DNA of 63,669 nucleotides, the filler included, from Reclinomonas americana ATCC 50394 (Eukaryota), in assembly GCA_048213135.1 (NCBI GenBank). It is 12 parts of 12 records of this genome, joined end to end, with 100 filler letters (N's around TTAATTAATTAA, not from the genome) between each part and the next. Parts side by side here need not be neighbours in the genome. Positions count along the whole stretch, not along the records: positions 12,656 to 14,962 come from AFZH01019998.1; positions 15,063 to 19,379 come from AFZH01019999.1; positions 19,480 to 27,600 come from AFZH01020000.1; 9 more parts are not named here. One strand, given 5' to 3'. This document shows positions 13,801-25,461 of the stretch, piece after piece; positions within the stretch are counted from its first letter, which is position 1; each line of letters begins with the position of its first letter. A program made the position numbers and the translations under genes. Below the pieces are notes generated by a model. The model saw nothing but the letters and a program-made list of their open reading frames with translations, was not told the origin of the DNA and did not search any database.

Positions 13801-15210
13801 TGCCAAGTCGCGGATCCTCGTCTACCACGCTGGCCAGGGCGTCGTATCGCTTCAGTACCGCTGACTGGCGGCGGTGCTGCAGTGGCTTGCCGCTCTTGGC
13901 CAGACGCATGAGCGACAGAATGGTCTTCATCAGCACCTGCACAGTTGGGGGAAATAAACACACACGCGCGGGAGCACCACAAGAGAGACGCGGCCAGTTG
14001 CAGATGCTCGCTGGCATTACCTCCGGTGCCTGGCCATCTTCGCACAGCTTGAGCGCCAGCCAGATCAACTCCTCGTTCTCGGAGGTGAGCGAGTCGTACA
14101 CGGCGTTGCACATGTCTGCCAGCGGCTCCATGTAGGCCACATTCGGCAGCATCTCAAACAAGGAGTGCACGAGTGGCAGCACGCGTTGCTGGACGACGGG
14201 TGACGGTGGAGGGCTGGCACCGCGCGGCGATGAGCGCTGCGGACGCGCCATGGCTTGCTCTCGGAGGACGGGCTTGACAAAGTTCTCAATGAATCCGCTG
14301 AGGATTCGCGACTGGAGACCCTGCTGCGGCTCGTCGCTACCGCTGGCTCCGGCGGCCGGCGAGGCGGCGGCGGCCAACGACGAGGGTGAAGCGGCGGCCG
14401 CAGCCATATCCACTCCCTCTTCCATGCCGACGGCACCACCGGCCGCAGCCGACAACGACATGGCACTGGCGGCACCGGCTGCTGGACGAACCGCGGTCGG
14501 CGAAGTCACGCTGCCAAACGCTCCAGTGTTGGCATTTCCAGTGGCGGCGCGTGTCTGTGAACACGGAAAGAGAGACGAGAAGAAGAGAGAGTGAGTCAAG
14601 CATGGAAGCAAAGGTTGGGTTGAGGGGTCACACTCTCGCGAAAGAAAAACGCAACAGGAAACAATGCCTCCGCCACCTGCACGTAATGCCGGCGGGCCAG
14701 CACATGAGCGGCGTGGTAGCGGTTCGGGTTTTGCGATGAACCACTGCTGGAGCCGGTTGGTGATGAGTCGCCTCCTGCGCTGCCGGCCTTGTTGGTGGGA
14801 GTCGTCGAGGAGACTGGTGACAAGTGATGAAAGTGCGAGGAGTTGCTGGCGCCGGAGGCGGACGGAGATCCACTGGCACCTGGCTCGTGATGCGAGAGGG
14901 CGGCGTAGGCGGCCGCCGTGACCGTCGATGTCGCTGTCGAGGCAGGCAGCGGCGGCGGCGGCNNNNNNNNNNNNNNNNNNNNNNNNNNNNNNNNNNNNNN
15001 NNNNNNTTAATTAATTAANNNNNNNNNNNNNNNNNNNNNNNNNNNNNNNNNNNNNNNNNNNNCGATGTGGAGGAGAGCAACGAGCTCGCACACAATCGAA
15101 CACACGCGCACAATCACAGACGAGGAACAGAGAGATAAAAAGAGAGAGAGCAACTGTACCTGCGCCAGTGGGGACGACGGCATGCGCCGTGGTCGTGAGG
15201 GATCGTCCAT
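4872..15210 (-). CDS. Very large HECT-type E3 ubiquitin ligase (large-HERC/HECTD-like HECT domain), multi-exon, spanning four linkers; C-terminus missing
   Basis: HECT N-lobe at 4872-5690: RIELRGERAQDAGGPFRESISHMCQDLQS...GQFIVNP...FVFLGFLMGMAV...PLPLDLPKFFFKKL...EARLKEL...AVRQGIAIVLP...ETHICGSPNITVEQLK. Minus-strand exons continue through the upstream contigs. That they form one gene, and the start at 15210, are inferred. Confidence 0.75.
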
Positions 15211-16062
15211 GCTGGCGATCACTGGCTATGCAACGTTCTTTTTTGTCACGCTCGCACACGCACGTGGACTGCTTCACTGAGAGTGCACGCTGCCGTGGTC
15301 AACGGTCGAGCACGAGATCGCACAGCAGCGATGGGTGAAGGGAAGAGGAGGGGAGAGGAGGAGGGGACGCGCGCGGTTGATTGAACACGAGAAGCGATGA
15401 CCGTTACACGTTCCGCATTTTCGCACATTTTCATTTTATGTGACGAGAGAAAGCAGACGGGAAGCACAACGGGAGAAGCACAGTGTGTGTGCGAGAGAGA
15501 TAGAAACATCACGGCTGGTACGGGAGAGAAAGGCTCTGTCGCGTGACGGCCGAGGGAGTAGAGAAGGATGGGAGAAAAAACACAGACTAACACACGCACG
15601 GACACATGGGTAGCCGGCGACACACGCAGAGTTTGGTGGGTCAGGATAGACATAAGGAGGAACCGCGAAAGACGCAAAGGATAGAAGCAGTATCTATTGA
15701 CGACAAGGTGGGAGAAGGAAATAAGGGGAGCAGAAGCACGTTTGCAGGCTAGTGTAGATCTCCTCAGTGGTGGAAGTACCAGTGGAAGCTCACGCACGCA
15801 GGATCAGGGTGTTACGTTTCTGGCCACCTTTCATGGCCCCCCTCTGCACCCAATCTCGACCGCGCGCTTAACACACCGTTGTAGCCGACATTCGTACACC
15901 GCTCGCCAAATTCTCCGCGCCCCATTCCCTGGGGCCTCACGCTCGCTTGCTGGATCGATGGCGGACCATCTTCATCCTCCTTGTCCTGACTTGACTACAG
16001 TGCGCTCCGGATAAGAGTGTGTGCGCGTGTGTCTGTGTGGCGGCGGCCGTTGATGCGGCCCC

Positions 16063-16986
16063 TCACCGCCTACGCAGGCGCTTCTTACTGCGCACCGCAT
16101 CGGAGCCGCAACCGGCGGCCGCAAGCGATGGAGACGGTGCTACACTCTGTCGCTTGATGTCCAGCGTGCTCGGCAGCGTCGTCGTGGCCGGTGCGCCGTG
16201 AACCACAGCCGCCACCTTTGCATTGCTGCCGCCGCTCCCACTGCGACTGCGACTGCGACTGCGACCACGGCTGCGACCGCGATGATGCCGACGCCGCGGG
16301 CGTGTCGCCGTCGATGATTGAACAGGGGTTGTCACGTCCACGACAGCGGCAGCTGACACACATGCCGGGTCTGTCGTGCAGAAGACAGTGTCTGGTTGGC
16401 CAGCTGACAACACAACAACCGAACAGGCACACACATACGTACCATTGCGTTTCCAGCGACCCAGTCTCTCCGGCAGGGTCGTCTCTGCGGCCGCCAAGTA
16501 GTCCGCTCGGACGCACTGCGTACACTCCGGGCACTGTGGAGTGCGCGTCGCATACGGCGGCGCATCGCAATCGCAGCGGTGCGAGACACACCGGACGACT
16601 TGGTCACCGTCGCCGTCGTCGTGGTCATCGCCATCGGAGTCGTCTTCTGCAGTGGCGCACCGGCGACTGCGCGCCGTGGCCACCAGCTCCATCTCCACCT
16701 CGCGAAGCACGGAGGCCATGCCATGCTCTCGGAAGAGTTTGATGGAGCGCGTACCATTCATGTCGTGCAGATGATCGTGGATCAGGTCGGGCAGACTGTT
16801 GATGTCCACCACGAGCTGATCGGCAGCTGGATCTCGGAGTGCCGCACACACCTCGCCGAGAGCGCGCGTGGCCTTGTAGTACGCCATTTTGAACAGTTGC
16901 GTTGGCACCTTCTTGGTGAACTCTGCCAGAAAGCATTCCACTCGCGCGAGAAGATCTTCGCGCTGGCTTGTTGCCCCCATAGCCAT
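16063..16986 (-). CDS. Hypothetical protein
   Basis: Long open frame with a helical N-terminal half, an acidic patch, a Cys cluster (CxxxxCxC...CxxCxxC) and an RS-rich tail. Probably one intron near 16370-16442. No family recognised. Confidence 0.45.
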   Translation of the reverse strand: MAMGATSQREDLLARVECFLAEFTKKVPTQLFKMAYYKATRALGEVCAALRDPAADQLVVDINSLPDLIHDHLHDMNGTRSIKLFREHGMASVLREVEMELVATARSRRCATAEDDSDGDDHDDGDGDQVVRCVSHRCDCDAPPYATRTPQCPECTQCVRADYLAAAETTLPERLGRWKRNGTYVCACSVVVLSAGQPDTVFCTTDPACVSAAAVVDVTTPVQSSTATRPRRRHHRGRSRGRSRSRSRSGSGGSNAKVAAVVHGAPATTTLPSTLDIKRQSVAPSPSLAAAGCGSDAVRSKKRLRRR

Positions 16987-17325
16987 TGTCGTCAGTGAGT
17001 GACTTGCTGTCGCTCTCAACTCGACGGCAAAAACAATAAATCCGACAACCTTGATTTCCGATCCACCGCCGCAGCTGTCCCGTCAGCTATGACAGGTTCA
17101 TTTTGTTGGCAGATAATTTTTTTGTTGAGTAAGGCTTGGACCAAAGAGGTAAGCTGCACTCACTGTATCCGGTAGTTCGTCTAGCCGCAGTTGTGCCGAG
17201 ATATACACGTCGCACTCACGCACTCTCTCTCTCTCTCTCCTCTGTCTCGCTGTGATTTCCTTCTGTTTCTTGTGGTACTGTTGGGCTGTCGTCGTCCTTG
17301 TATTCACCGCCCCCCTTGACAGATA

Positions 17326-17985
17326 ATGGGGACTGAGCACTCGACGCCTCGCACACTGCCGCACGGTCGACACTCGCTTGACAATCAGGCGCAAGCGATC
17401 GTCCGATTCTTGCGTGAACAACAAGTGCAGAACACCATTGGCTTGCCACTCCCACCGCAGCCCATCAAGTCGGAGCGCGACGCTCTGCTTGCCTTGTGGA
17501 GATTGCGAGACAATCTGCCGCAGGTGCAACAGGCGCGACAAGCCAATGCAACGAGGATGCATGACGAGCAAGTGCGCGAACTTGCCGAGAGCGTGGAGAC
17601 GCTGCGAGAGGCCGCGAAACGCGATCGCGCCGCCATGCTGGCCATGTGTCGTGCCATTCGACAGTGCACAACCACGGTACTGCACTGCTTCTTCTCACCA
17701 GCTGCTGCAGCTGCTCACAACCAACTCCTACAGCGCTCCTCGACAGACGAGGTGGCGAGCGACAGCACGCCACAGGCGACCAGGCCGCACGATAGCGACG
17801 ATGCCAGTTGGTGCGACAACCGCGACGGCGATGACGGCGATGCGCAGCAGGCGGCAACGCGTGATCCACCCTCCGCTGCTCCACGCGTGTTGATGGAGGT
17901 GGTGGCGGGCCCAGTGGAGATCCCACCGCCCTACACACTGGCCACTGTTCGCGACGCCGTCACACACTCCATCAATGAGCAGCAG

Positions 17986-18018
<33 letters not shown>

Positions 18019-18436
18019 GCGTGGACGCTCGTCAATGACTTCACCAGCGCCGACAGTCACGTGCTGGCCTGCGTGGTTCCACTGACACTGGCAGCCATTG
18101 ATGGTGCCTGTCACATGCTGGCAGAGCACGCTCGCAGCGCCAAAGGTCCGATCCCACACCCACACACACTGCTGACAATCTCTCGACGTCGCTCATGCAC
18201 TGTTGCGTGCAGTGAATTTGCAGGAGCGTCACCACGGGGTGATTTTGCTCGTGAATCAAGTGCTGAGTGCAGAACAGAAAGCCGACGTGATCGCCGAGGT
18301 TCTTGCGCGCGGTGTGGTGAGCGACGCGCGACAAGTGGGCGTGGTGGCTGTGGAGGCCGACGACGTCGCGTTGCGCGTGGCTGCAGACGATAGTGCATGG
18401 CTGTCGGCGTTTGTTGATCGCCTGGTGGAGCGCTGA
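17326..18436 (+). CDS. Hypothetical protein (N-terminal coiled coil, poly-Thr)
   Basis: Long frame 17326-18145 splices at GT..AG to the terminal exon VNLQERHHGVILLVNQ...FVDRLVER*. No family recognised. Confidence 0.5.
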
Positions 18437-18518
18437 GCCAACAATGTAATGAAGGAGAGGAGAGGAGAGCAAGCGTCGAGGAGTGTCCTGCGCAACTTCG
18501 TTTCTCTTTTACGCTCAA

Positions 18519-19317
18519 ATGGCGACAAGACCACGCACCGATCTCTTTATGCAGTACCGAGCGTTGCGTTGCCTCTGCCTCTGCCTCATCTCATTGTGCA
18601 CACACTCTCTGTGTGCGTTCGTGCTCTGGTGATGGCCATGGCCACCACTTTTACAGAAGCACTCCTGCGTGTGTGTGACTTCCCTCTGCTCTCTTTTACA
18701 CACAATCGTCTCTCGTTGTGTGTGTATATACGTGTGCATGTGTCGCTGTCATATGTCATCTTCTGTGTCACACACAGACACACAGAACGCGTGTCGTGTA
18801 TTTCAGCACTCTCACTTTCCTCTTACACACACACAGTGCGGCACTCACGCCAGCTGGTACGGGCATTGAGATGACAGGTGGTGGCAAGGGTGCGGGTGGA
18901 CGAGTGCGTTTCACTGGTCGCGGTGGCGACACGGATGGTCTGTTGGAGGCGGATGCGGCAGAGCGCGGCATGCGTGGTGTGCGCTCGGATAGTGGCGAGC
19001 CAGTGTATGTGCCGGGCTTCATGCGCATGCGTGAGGCCATTCAGGAGGGCATGAAGGACATCCAAACACAGAGTTGCGACAGGCTGCTCTTCGTTTTCTG
19101 TCCTCATTGTTTTCGTGCGCCAACGATGTGCTTTTTGCACGTGCAGTGCGGAGGCTGAAGGACCTGTACAAGCAGCAGCTGCAGCCGCAGTTTGATGCGT
19201 CGGACACGGAGCAGCAGATTGACATTGTGACACGCGAGATCAAGACGCTGTTCCGCGAGTGCGAGGCGAATGTCAAACTGATTTGCACGGAGCAGGAGGG
19301 CGAGGTGTTGGAGACAG
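18519..19317 (+). CDS. STX16: Syntaxin-16/Tlg2/SYP4-type Qa-SNARE, 5' part (3' end lost at linker)
   Basis: N-peptide MATRPRTDLFMQYR; Habc helices IQEGMKDIQTQMRRLKDLYKQQLQPQFDASDTEQQIDIVTREIKTLFRECEANVKLI. Confidence 0.8.
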
Positions 19318-19479
19318 GTGAGGCTCCATGAGGTTTCTTTGTCCGTGCACTCGCCCTGACTTCTCTCTCTCTCCTCCCTNNNNNNNNNNNNNNNNNNNNN
19401 NNNNNNNNNNNNNNNNNNNNNNNTTAATTAATTAANNNNNNNNNNNNNNNNNNNNNNNNNNNNNNNNNNNNNNNNNNNN

Positions 19480-22400
19480 ATCCAGCAAGTGGAAGCACGT
19501 GTGTGCCACCGGCACGTGATCGGGAGGCATGCCGGAGCCCTGCACCCGCAGCACACCGTCGCTCGGCAGCCCCGGCTGACCGGTGACGTACTCGAGGAAG
19601 AGGCGCAGTTCGAAATCTGTAAAGTTACTCAGAACCTGACGACACACAGTGGAGTGAGTACTGCGCGTGCAGACGTTGTTGCCGCGGAGTGACGCAACAT
19701 CGATCAGCATTTGCGGCACGGTGCTGTCTTCGGGGAAGCCAGAGAATCGAAGCGAGTCCATCAGCGACTGCGTGTCAACGCGATCGTCGCTGCACAGCAG
19801 GCACATCCACTCGAACGCTCCCATGCCCCGCAGTACGTCTCGGTCAAAGTCCTGCTCCATGCACTCGAACATGCCGAGACGCACAATCTGCACGGCTCGG
19901 TCGCGTCCCTCGCCCAGCAGATACGTACGAATGCGACTGCACACGTACGCCATGCGATTCTGCTCCGTCACGGCGTCGCATTCAGCTGCGCACACGCATG
20001 CAGTCACAATCAGCAATGATGAGCAGACGACATGGAGTGGCACGGCGTACCGACACCCGGCGGCAAGAAGGCATCAGGGATGCCCTCGAATGTCATGCCG
20101 TCGACGCAGTCGACCAGAATGAACCGCAGCGAGCGCACCAGCGTCGGATCCACCGGCTGCAGTGCACGCAACAGCAGTGCACACTCGGTGGCCACGGCCG
20201 TCGTGCCGTGACACAGTCGGCCAACTGCGCACATTTTCCAGGGAGTGTCAACACACAGACCTGTGAGTTTGTTGTGCCTCGCGTTGTGCAACGCAACTCG
20301 GCGACGACTCGGACAGCAGATCCCAAAACACGGGCGCCAGCAGCGGTGAGGGAACTTTGCGATCGTCGGCCAGCGCCTTGGCCAGCGCTCGCCCAAAGGA
20401 GCGCAGGGTGCGCTCGACTTGTGGCCTCAAATGAGCCGACACACTGTGCAGTGGCACCGGCAAGTACACCTCGCTGTCGTCTTCCCGTGTGAATGCTGGC
20501 GACTCGCGACACACGCCGCGGAAGAACTGCACAAACATCTCTGACGTCGGGCCACCTGCATTGTTGGAGTGAGACAACATGGCGTACGGCGGGGGTGGAG
20601 CAAGATCGTCGTGCCACGCGCCTTCATCGATGCCCTCCTCGCCCTGGAACGCGACTCGCGTACGTGCCAGCCACCGACTCGGTTCCATGTCGCCAAAGCG
20701 ACGCACAACTGGGCGGAAGAAGAACGGGTGTCGTTAGTTTTGCATGCTTTAGACACACGACTGAACACACAAACCATCGTCCACCAGCGCCGAGCGCCTG
20801 ATGCGCAGCAACAGTTGCGGAATGTCGCCGGATCCCTCTCGCTGCACACGATCGTACCTGGCCTCTGTGAGTGCCCCGCGGAACAACTGCACTCGCAGTT
20901 CGAGAGCCTCCAGTTGCGGGAATGCGCAGATGAGCTGTGTGCGATTGGCCAAAAAGTATGGATGGCACAAGGCGTCGGCCGCCGGGATTCGTTGGTGCAT
21001 GGGCGCAAACTGCACAGACGACACAGGAATGTGAGGGCGACTGCGAGTGCACCACTTTGGTCACACGTATACACACCAGCGACTGCAGCAGAGCAATCAA
21101 GTGTGGCGAGTCACGACAGGCCGACGCGTCAAACTGTGCCTTGCTTGACACGGGATCCACCATGACGTGCGCGTCGACGCCGGCGTATGCGCGGAACAAC
21201 ATCACCCCAAAGGCCCACATGTCGCGCTGCTCGCAAAAACGGTGAGCATATCTTTCAACGACAGTGTCACGACGCAGTGTACGCACCGACGGCATTGACT
21301 GTCCCTCCCCGAGAATCAACTCTGGCGCCACGTATCCGGCCGTGCCGCGGAAGAGAGCTGGAGGCAACCGCCGAGTAAGAACTCTGCTAGAAGTGAAACA
21401 AGCCATGCAGCTTCAAAATGACCGACCTGTCTGCGTGCCTGTTTGCGTGAGCGCAAAGTCCGAGGCCTTGGCGATATCAAAACTGTGGGGTTACCAGCAG
21501 CAGCAGGAAGCGGATCAGACAGCAGAGCGCTTCAACGAGCGGGAGCTGGCTGGCAATCACGAAACTCGACAATCACTGGTCGTCCGTCAGGCTGCATCAC
21601 CACGTTTTCGAGCTTCAGGTCGGCATGTACCACGTCGCGCTGGTGCAGAGCGTGCAAGCCCTACACAATTTGCACGTGTTCAGCTATGGACAACTTGCAC
21701 GAAAGCCTGTAACGAAGAGCAATTCGCGCACCTGCAGCACTCCGTAAAACACCGCGTGAACCTCGTCGTCACCGCGACGGCCGGCAAGCAGCCAGTCGCG
21801 CAAGTGACATGACCCGAGATACGGCAACCGCACCACCACCGTGCCCTCCTCCTGCACTCATCGCGTTATTTCCTACGGAATGCACGTGCAAGAGCACCAG
21901 CGCTGCGCAACTTCATCCGCGAAAAACACTCCTTCCAGCTTTACAACATTCGGGTGGCGAATGTTGGTCAACACGCTCAGCTCTGTCGCCAGTCACTCGT
22001 GAGAACACACGCAGCACAGAAGGAAAGCAGCGCCTCGTGAGACCTTTGAGCAGTGCGCGCCTCGCGCGTGCCTCTTGCACGTTGAAGAGCTTCAGCACGC
22101 ACACAGTCCCATCATGACGATATCTGCCGACACACCAGCACAAGTCATTTTCCAAGCACACTGCGCACTCCAATGCAGACACACACACACACACACACCT
22201 GGCCTTGTGTACGACGTTGCGTGAGCTGAGGCTCTGCAACACCTCGAAATCCGCCAGTTTGGTGCTGCTGAGGAACAGCGGGCTCTCCTGGAGCACGCGA
22301 GGCAGCCGAGCGGCAAAGGGGTGGCTAGCCGACGCCGACGCATCGCCCGCATCCACTGCGGCCGCACGCAAGGCGAACTCGGGCACCAGTTCCGATGCAT

Positions 22401-25302
22401 TCTCCAGCTCCAGCTGCTTTTGTAGCGAACGTGACAGCTCGGCCTGCGCTTCGGATACTCGCAGTCGTGCGCTGTCCACCTGCCGCTCCAGTTGTTGCAG
22501 CAAGTCTTCGCTGGCTCCATCGCGACGCCGCCGACGCACCAGAATGCGTGCCTCGTCCAGCTCGATTGCCGCGTCCTCCACACGGCGGCGGGCGGCGGCC
22601 ACCTCCTGCAGAATCGTGTCGGCCATGTCGTGGGCGACAATGGCCTCGCGCAGTCGCGCCGTCTGCATGGTGCATTCGCTGCAAGAAGCATACCAAGCAC
22701 CTCAGTGACGACGCTGCACGGGAGAGCGGGGATCATTATTCACGCAATACTCACCCCATCAGCGTCTGCTGCTCCTCGGTCCACCGGCGACGATGCGCGC
22801 GCGAGGTGTGAATCTGCGCCGTAAGTGAGCGAAAGTGCTGAAGGGATTACAAGCGAGAGGGAGGGGTTAGAACACGGCGTGCCTTGAGAATGGCGGCGCG
22901 CAGATCGTCGTGGGTCACTGGGAGAGCGCGAATCGACGCCTCCAGTGTCTGCATTTCATGCTCGATCGCTCGCATGAGTGCCGCAGCACTGCACGTCTCC
23001 GACTCTAGAGACTCGTCGGTTGTCATGGCGCAGTCGCGCAGACCACTGGCGTGTCTGCGTGCCCATTGCTCCAATCGAGTGTGGACGTCGGCCAAATTGA
23101 CTGCGACGGAGGCGTCGTGAGATGATGGTGAGGGTAAGGAAAGGATTAGAGAGAAACGGTACCATTTTGCAGGGCGGACGACGTGGGCGTCGGCGGTCCG
23201 TCGGCATCCTCAAAGCCACTCATGTCCACCTGCGGGAGTACGGTCACCAGCTCCAGGCCTGTGACGCGCGTCTGCAGACAGTCGACGACGTCTTGTAGTG
23301 CGCGCTCGGCGGCCACATATTCCGCCCTCCGTTGCTTGCACGCCTGCATGACTTCGTCGGTCCACGTACCGCATTGTACCACCACTTGCCGCGCGCGCAG
23401 CGACGCTCTTCTTGCGCTCTCCATACGCTCCAGCGAGAGCGCCTGCGCCTTGCGGAGCGCGACGGCGAATTCGTCGTCTGCACCGGCCACCTGTCGCAAG
23501 GGGGAAATTCAGACGCCACTTCCACTCATCAGGTCTCTCGCACAGTCGACGCAACGTCGGGATCGGTAGACAGCAGTCGGAGCAAGTGTGGAATGCGGAA
23601 CCGTCGTAATCGCGCGCGCAGCTCGAGTACGCGTTCCGTGTGTCGCTGCAGGGTCTGCAGACGACGCTGCGACTGCTGCATCGCATGCAGTGCGGTCTCC
23701 AGTGGCGACACATTGGCACGAGCAGAGAGCTGAGAGTCTGTGTCCGCGGTGCGCATGTGTAAGTCACGCCGTCAATGAATATGCGTCTCCGTTTCATGCT
23801 CACCCGGTGAACTTGGTCCCTCCTTTTGTGCCTTGTTGCGATCGAGGTACGGCTGGAACACTCGATCGACATCGCCACCGCACTCGACGGCCACCAGCGA
23901 CTTGTTGCCGCGCACGGCCTCCTCCAGCGCGCTGAGTGCACCAGCAGCGACAAACGGATTCACTGCGGGGGAACCAAAAAAGGCGGTGAGGCAAGAGAGA
24001 AAGGAGTGCAGCGTGACCTGGCCACTAAACTCGACAGATTGAGCGACGTGAGCGACGTGTTGAGGCCGAGGGCACTGGCAATGTGAGCCACTCCACCGGC
24101 CCCAATCTGGTTGCCGCGGAGATTGAGTGTGTGCAGGCCACCATTGTAACTAACGCAACGAGAGAGAGAGAGAGAGTCAAGCCAACGCACTCGGAGCGAC
24201 AAAAAAGAGCGCAAGTACACCAACCGCAATGCTGTGCCCAGCGCCTCCGCACACTTGTCGTTGAGCTGACAAGCGGCCAGTTGCAGCGACTCGAGCGTGT
24301 GATTCGTCTGCAGCGCCTTGGAGAGCGCCAGCACACCGCTGACTCCGATGCCATCCTCCTCTGCGCCACGCACACGAGTCACAACACGAGCGGGTAGTGA
24401 CAGGTGCATACGCAGTGGCTCCACCCACCGACAAGCGAGAGGTGATGCAGCGAGGAGTTTGCTCGCAACGCGTTACCGAGCAACTCCATGCCAGTGGCCG
24501 ACACTGCACATCCTCGCAGAGACAAGGAGCGCATCGTCCGGTTCAGCGACAACGCCACCGCCAGCGCTTCCACGCCCTGATCCACCATATTGTACGACTG
24601 CAACGACAGCGCAGTCAACGTGCAATTCTCACGCAGCGCATCGCCGAGCAGGTCCACTCGCTGAACGCGTCGTCGATTTCCTGCACACACCAAGCTGCCG
24701 GGTGAGAACGCGACAATGCACACAGTCTCTCTCTCTTCTTCCGCGCACACACACCCCACAGTTCCAACGAGCGGAGCACCATGTTCACGCGCAGTGCACT
24801 CGACAGCTGCAGCGTGGCCTGATCACTCAGCAAGTTGCCCACGCCCAGGTTGAGGTGCGTCAGCGAGGTGTTCTCTCGCAGCGCCTTGAGCACCTGCTCC
24901 ACGCCACTATCCATGAAATTGTTGTCTGCATGTGCATGTCAGCACAGTGACACGCAGACACACACACTCTCACACGAAACTTCCGAGTAAGAGCGTGGCA
25001 AGCGACGTCGACTGGCGAATGCTCCGCGCGAGGCACTCGGCGCCACTCTCGCCCAATCGCACTCCGCTGACATTGACGCTTTCCACGCGACACTCGGGTC
25101 GACTGAGCAGCTCACACAGCTGCTCAAACTCGCCGCCCGACACTGCCCGATGCGTCCACTCAATCTGCACGCATGCACAATGAGTGTCGAGTGAGCGCAT
25201 TTTGAGAAGAAAAGCAAGGCGACTTGCCTGTCGCACAGTGCCGCGTGACACCTCCTCCAGTGTGCGCACACACGAGTCGGGCGAGAGCGCGCGTGCGGCC
25301 AT
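19480..25302 (-). CDS. Multidomain protein: RI-like leucine-rich repeats - coiled coil - protein kinase - HECT E3 ligase (last residues lost at linker)
   Basis: LRRs (ALRENTSLTHLNLG, ALQTNHTLESLQL, LHTLNLRGNQIGAGG); kinase motifs (VLKLF, HPNVVKL, HADLKLEN, DFD, GTAGYVAPE, DMWAFG, ALCHPYF); HECT motifs (FQGEEGIDEGGPTSEMF, FLEYVTG, PVAHTCF). Exons join in frame. Confidence 0.85.
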
Positions 25303-25461
25303 TCTATTTTTTTCGATATGATATGACGATTGTCCGGAAAGTTGCACAATCTGTCCGATCACTGGCGGCTCTCACTCTCGGGACGATCAGCGACTCTGCA
25401 TTGTGTGTGTGTGCGAGAGAGTGAGAGAGTGAGTGAGTGTGTGAGTGAGGGGTGTGTGCAG

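Noticed and set aside
17090..17200. Sm-site-like AATTTTTTTG suggesting an snRNA gene
   Set aside because: No recognisable U1/U2/U4/U5 motifs nearby; more likely AT-rich promoter sequence.
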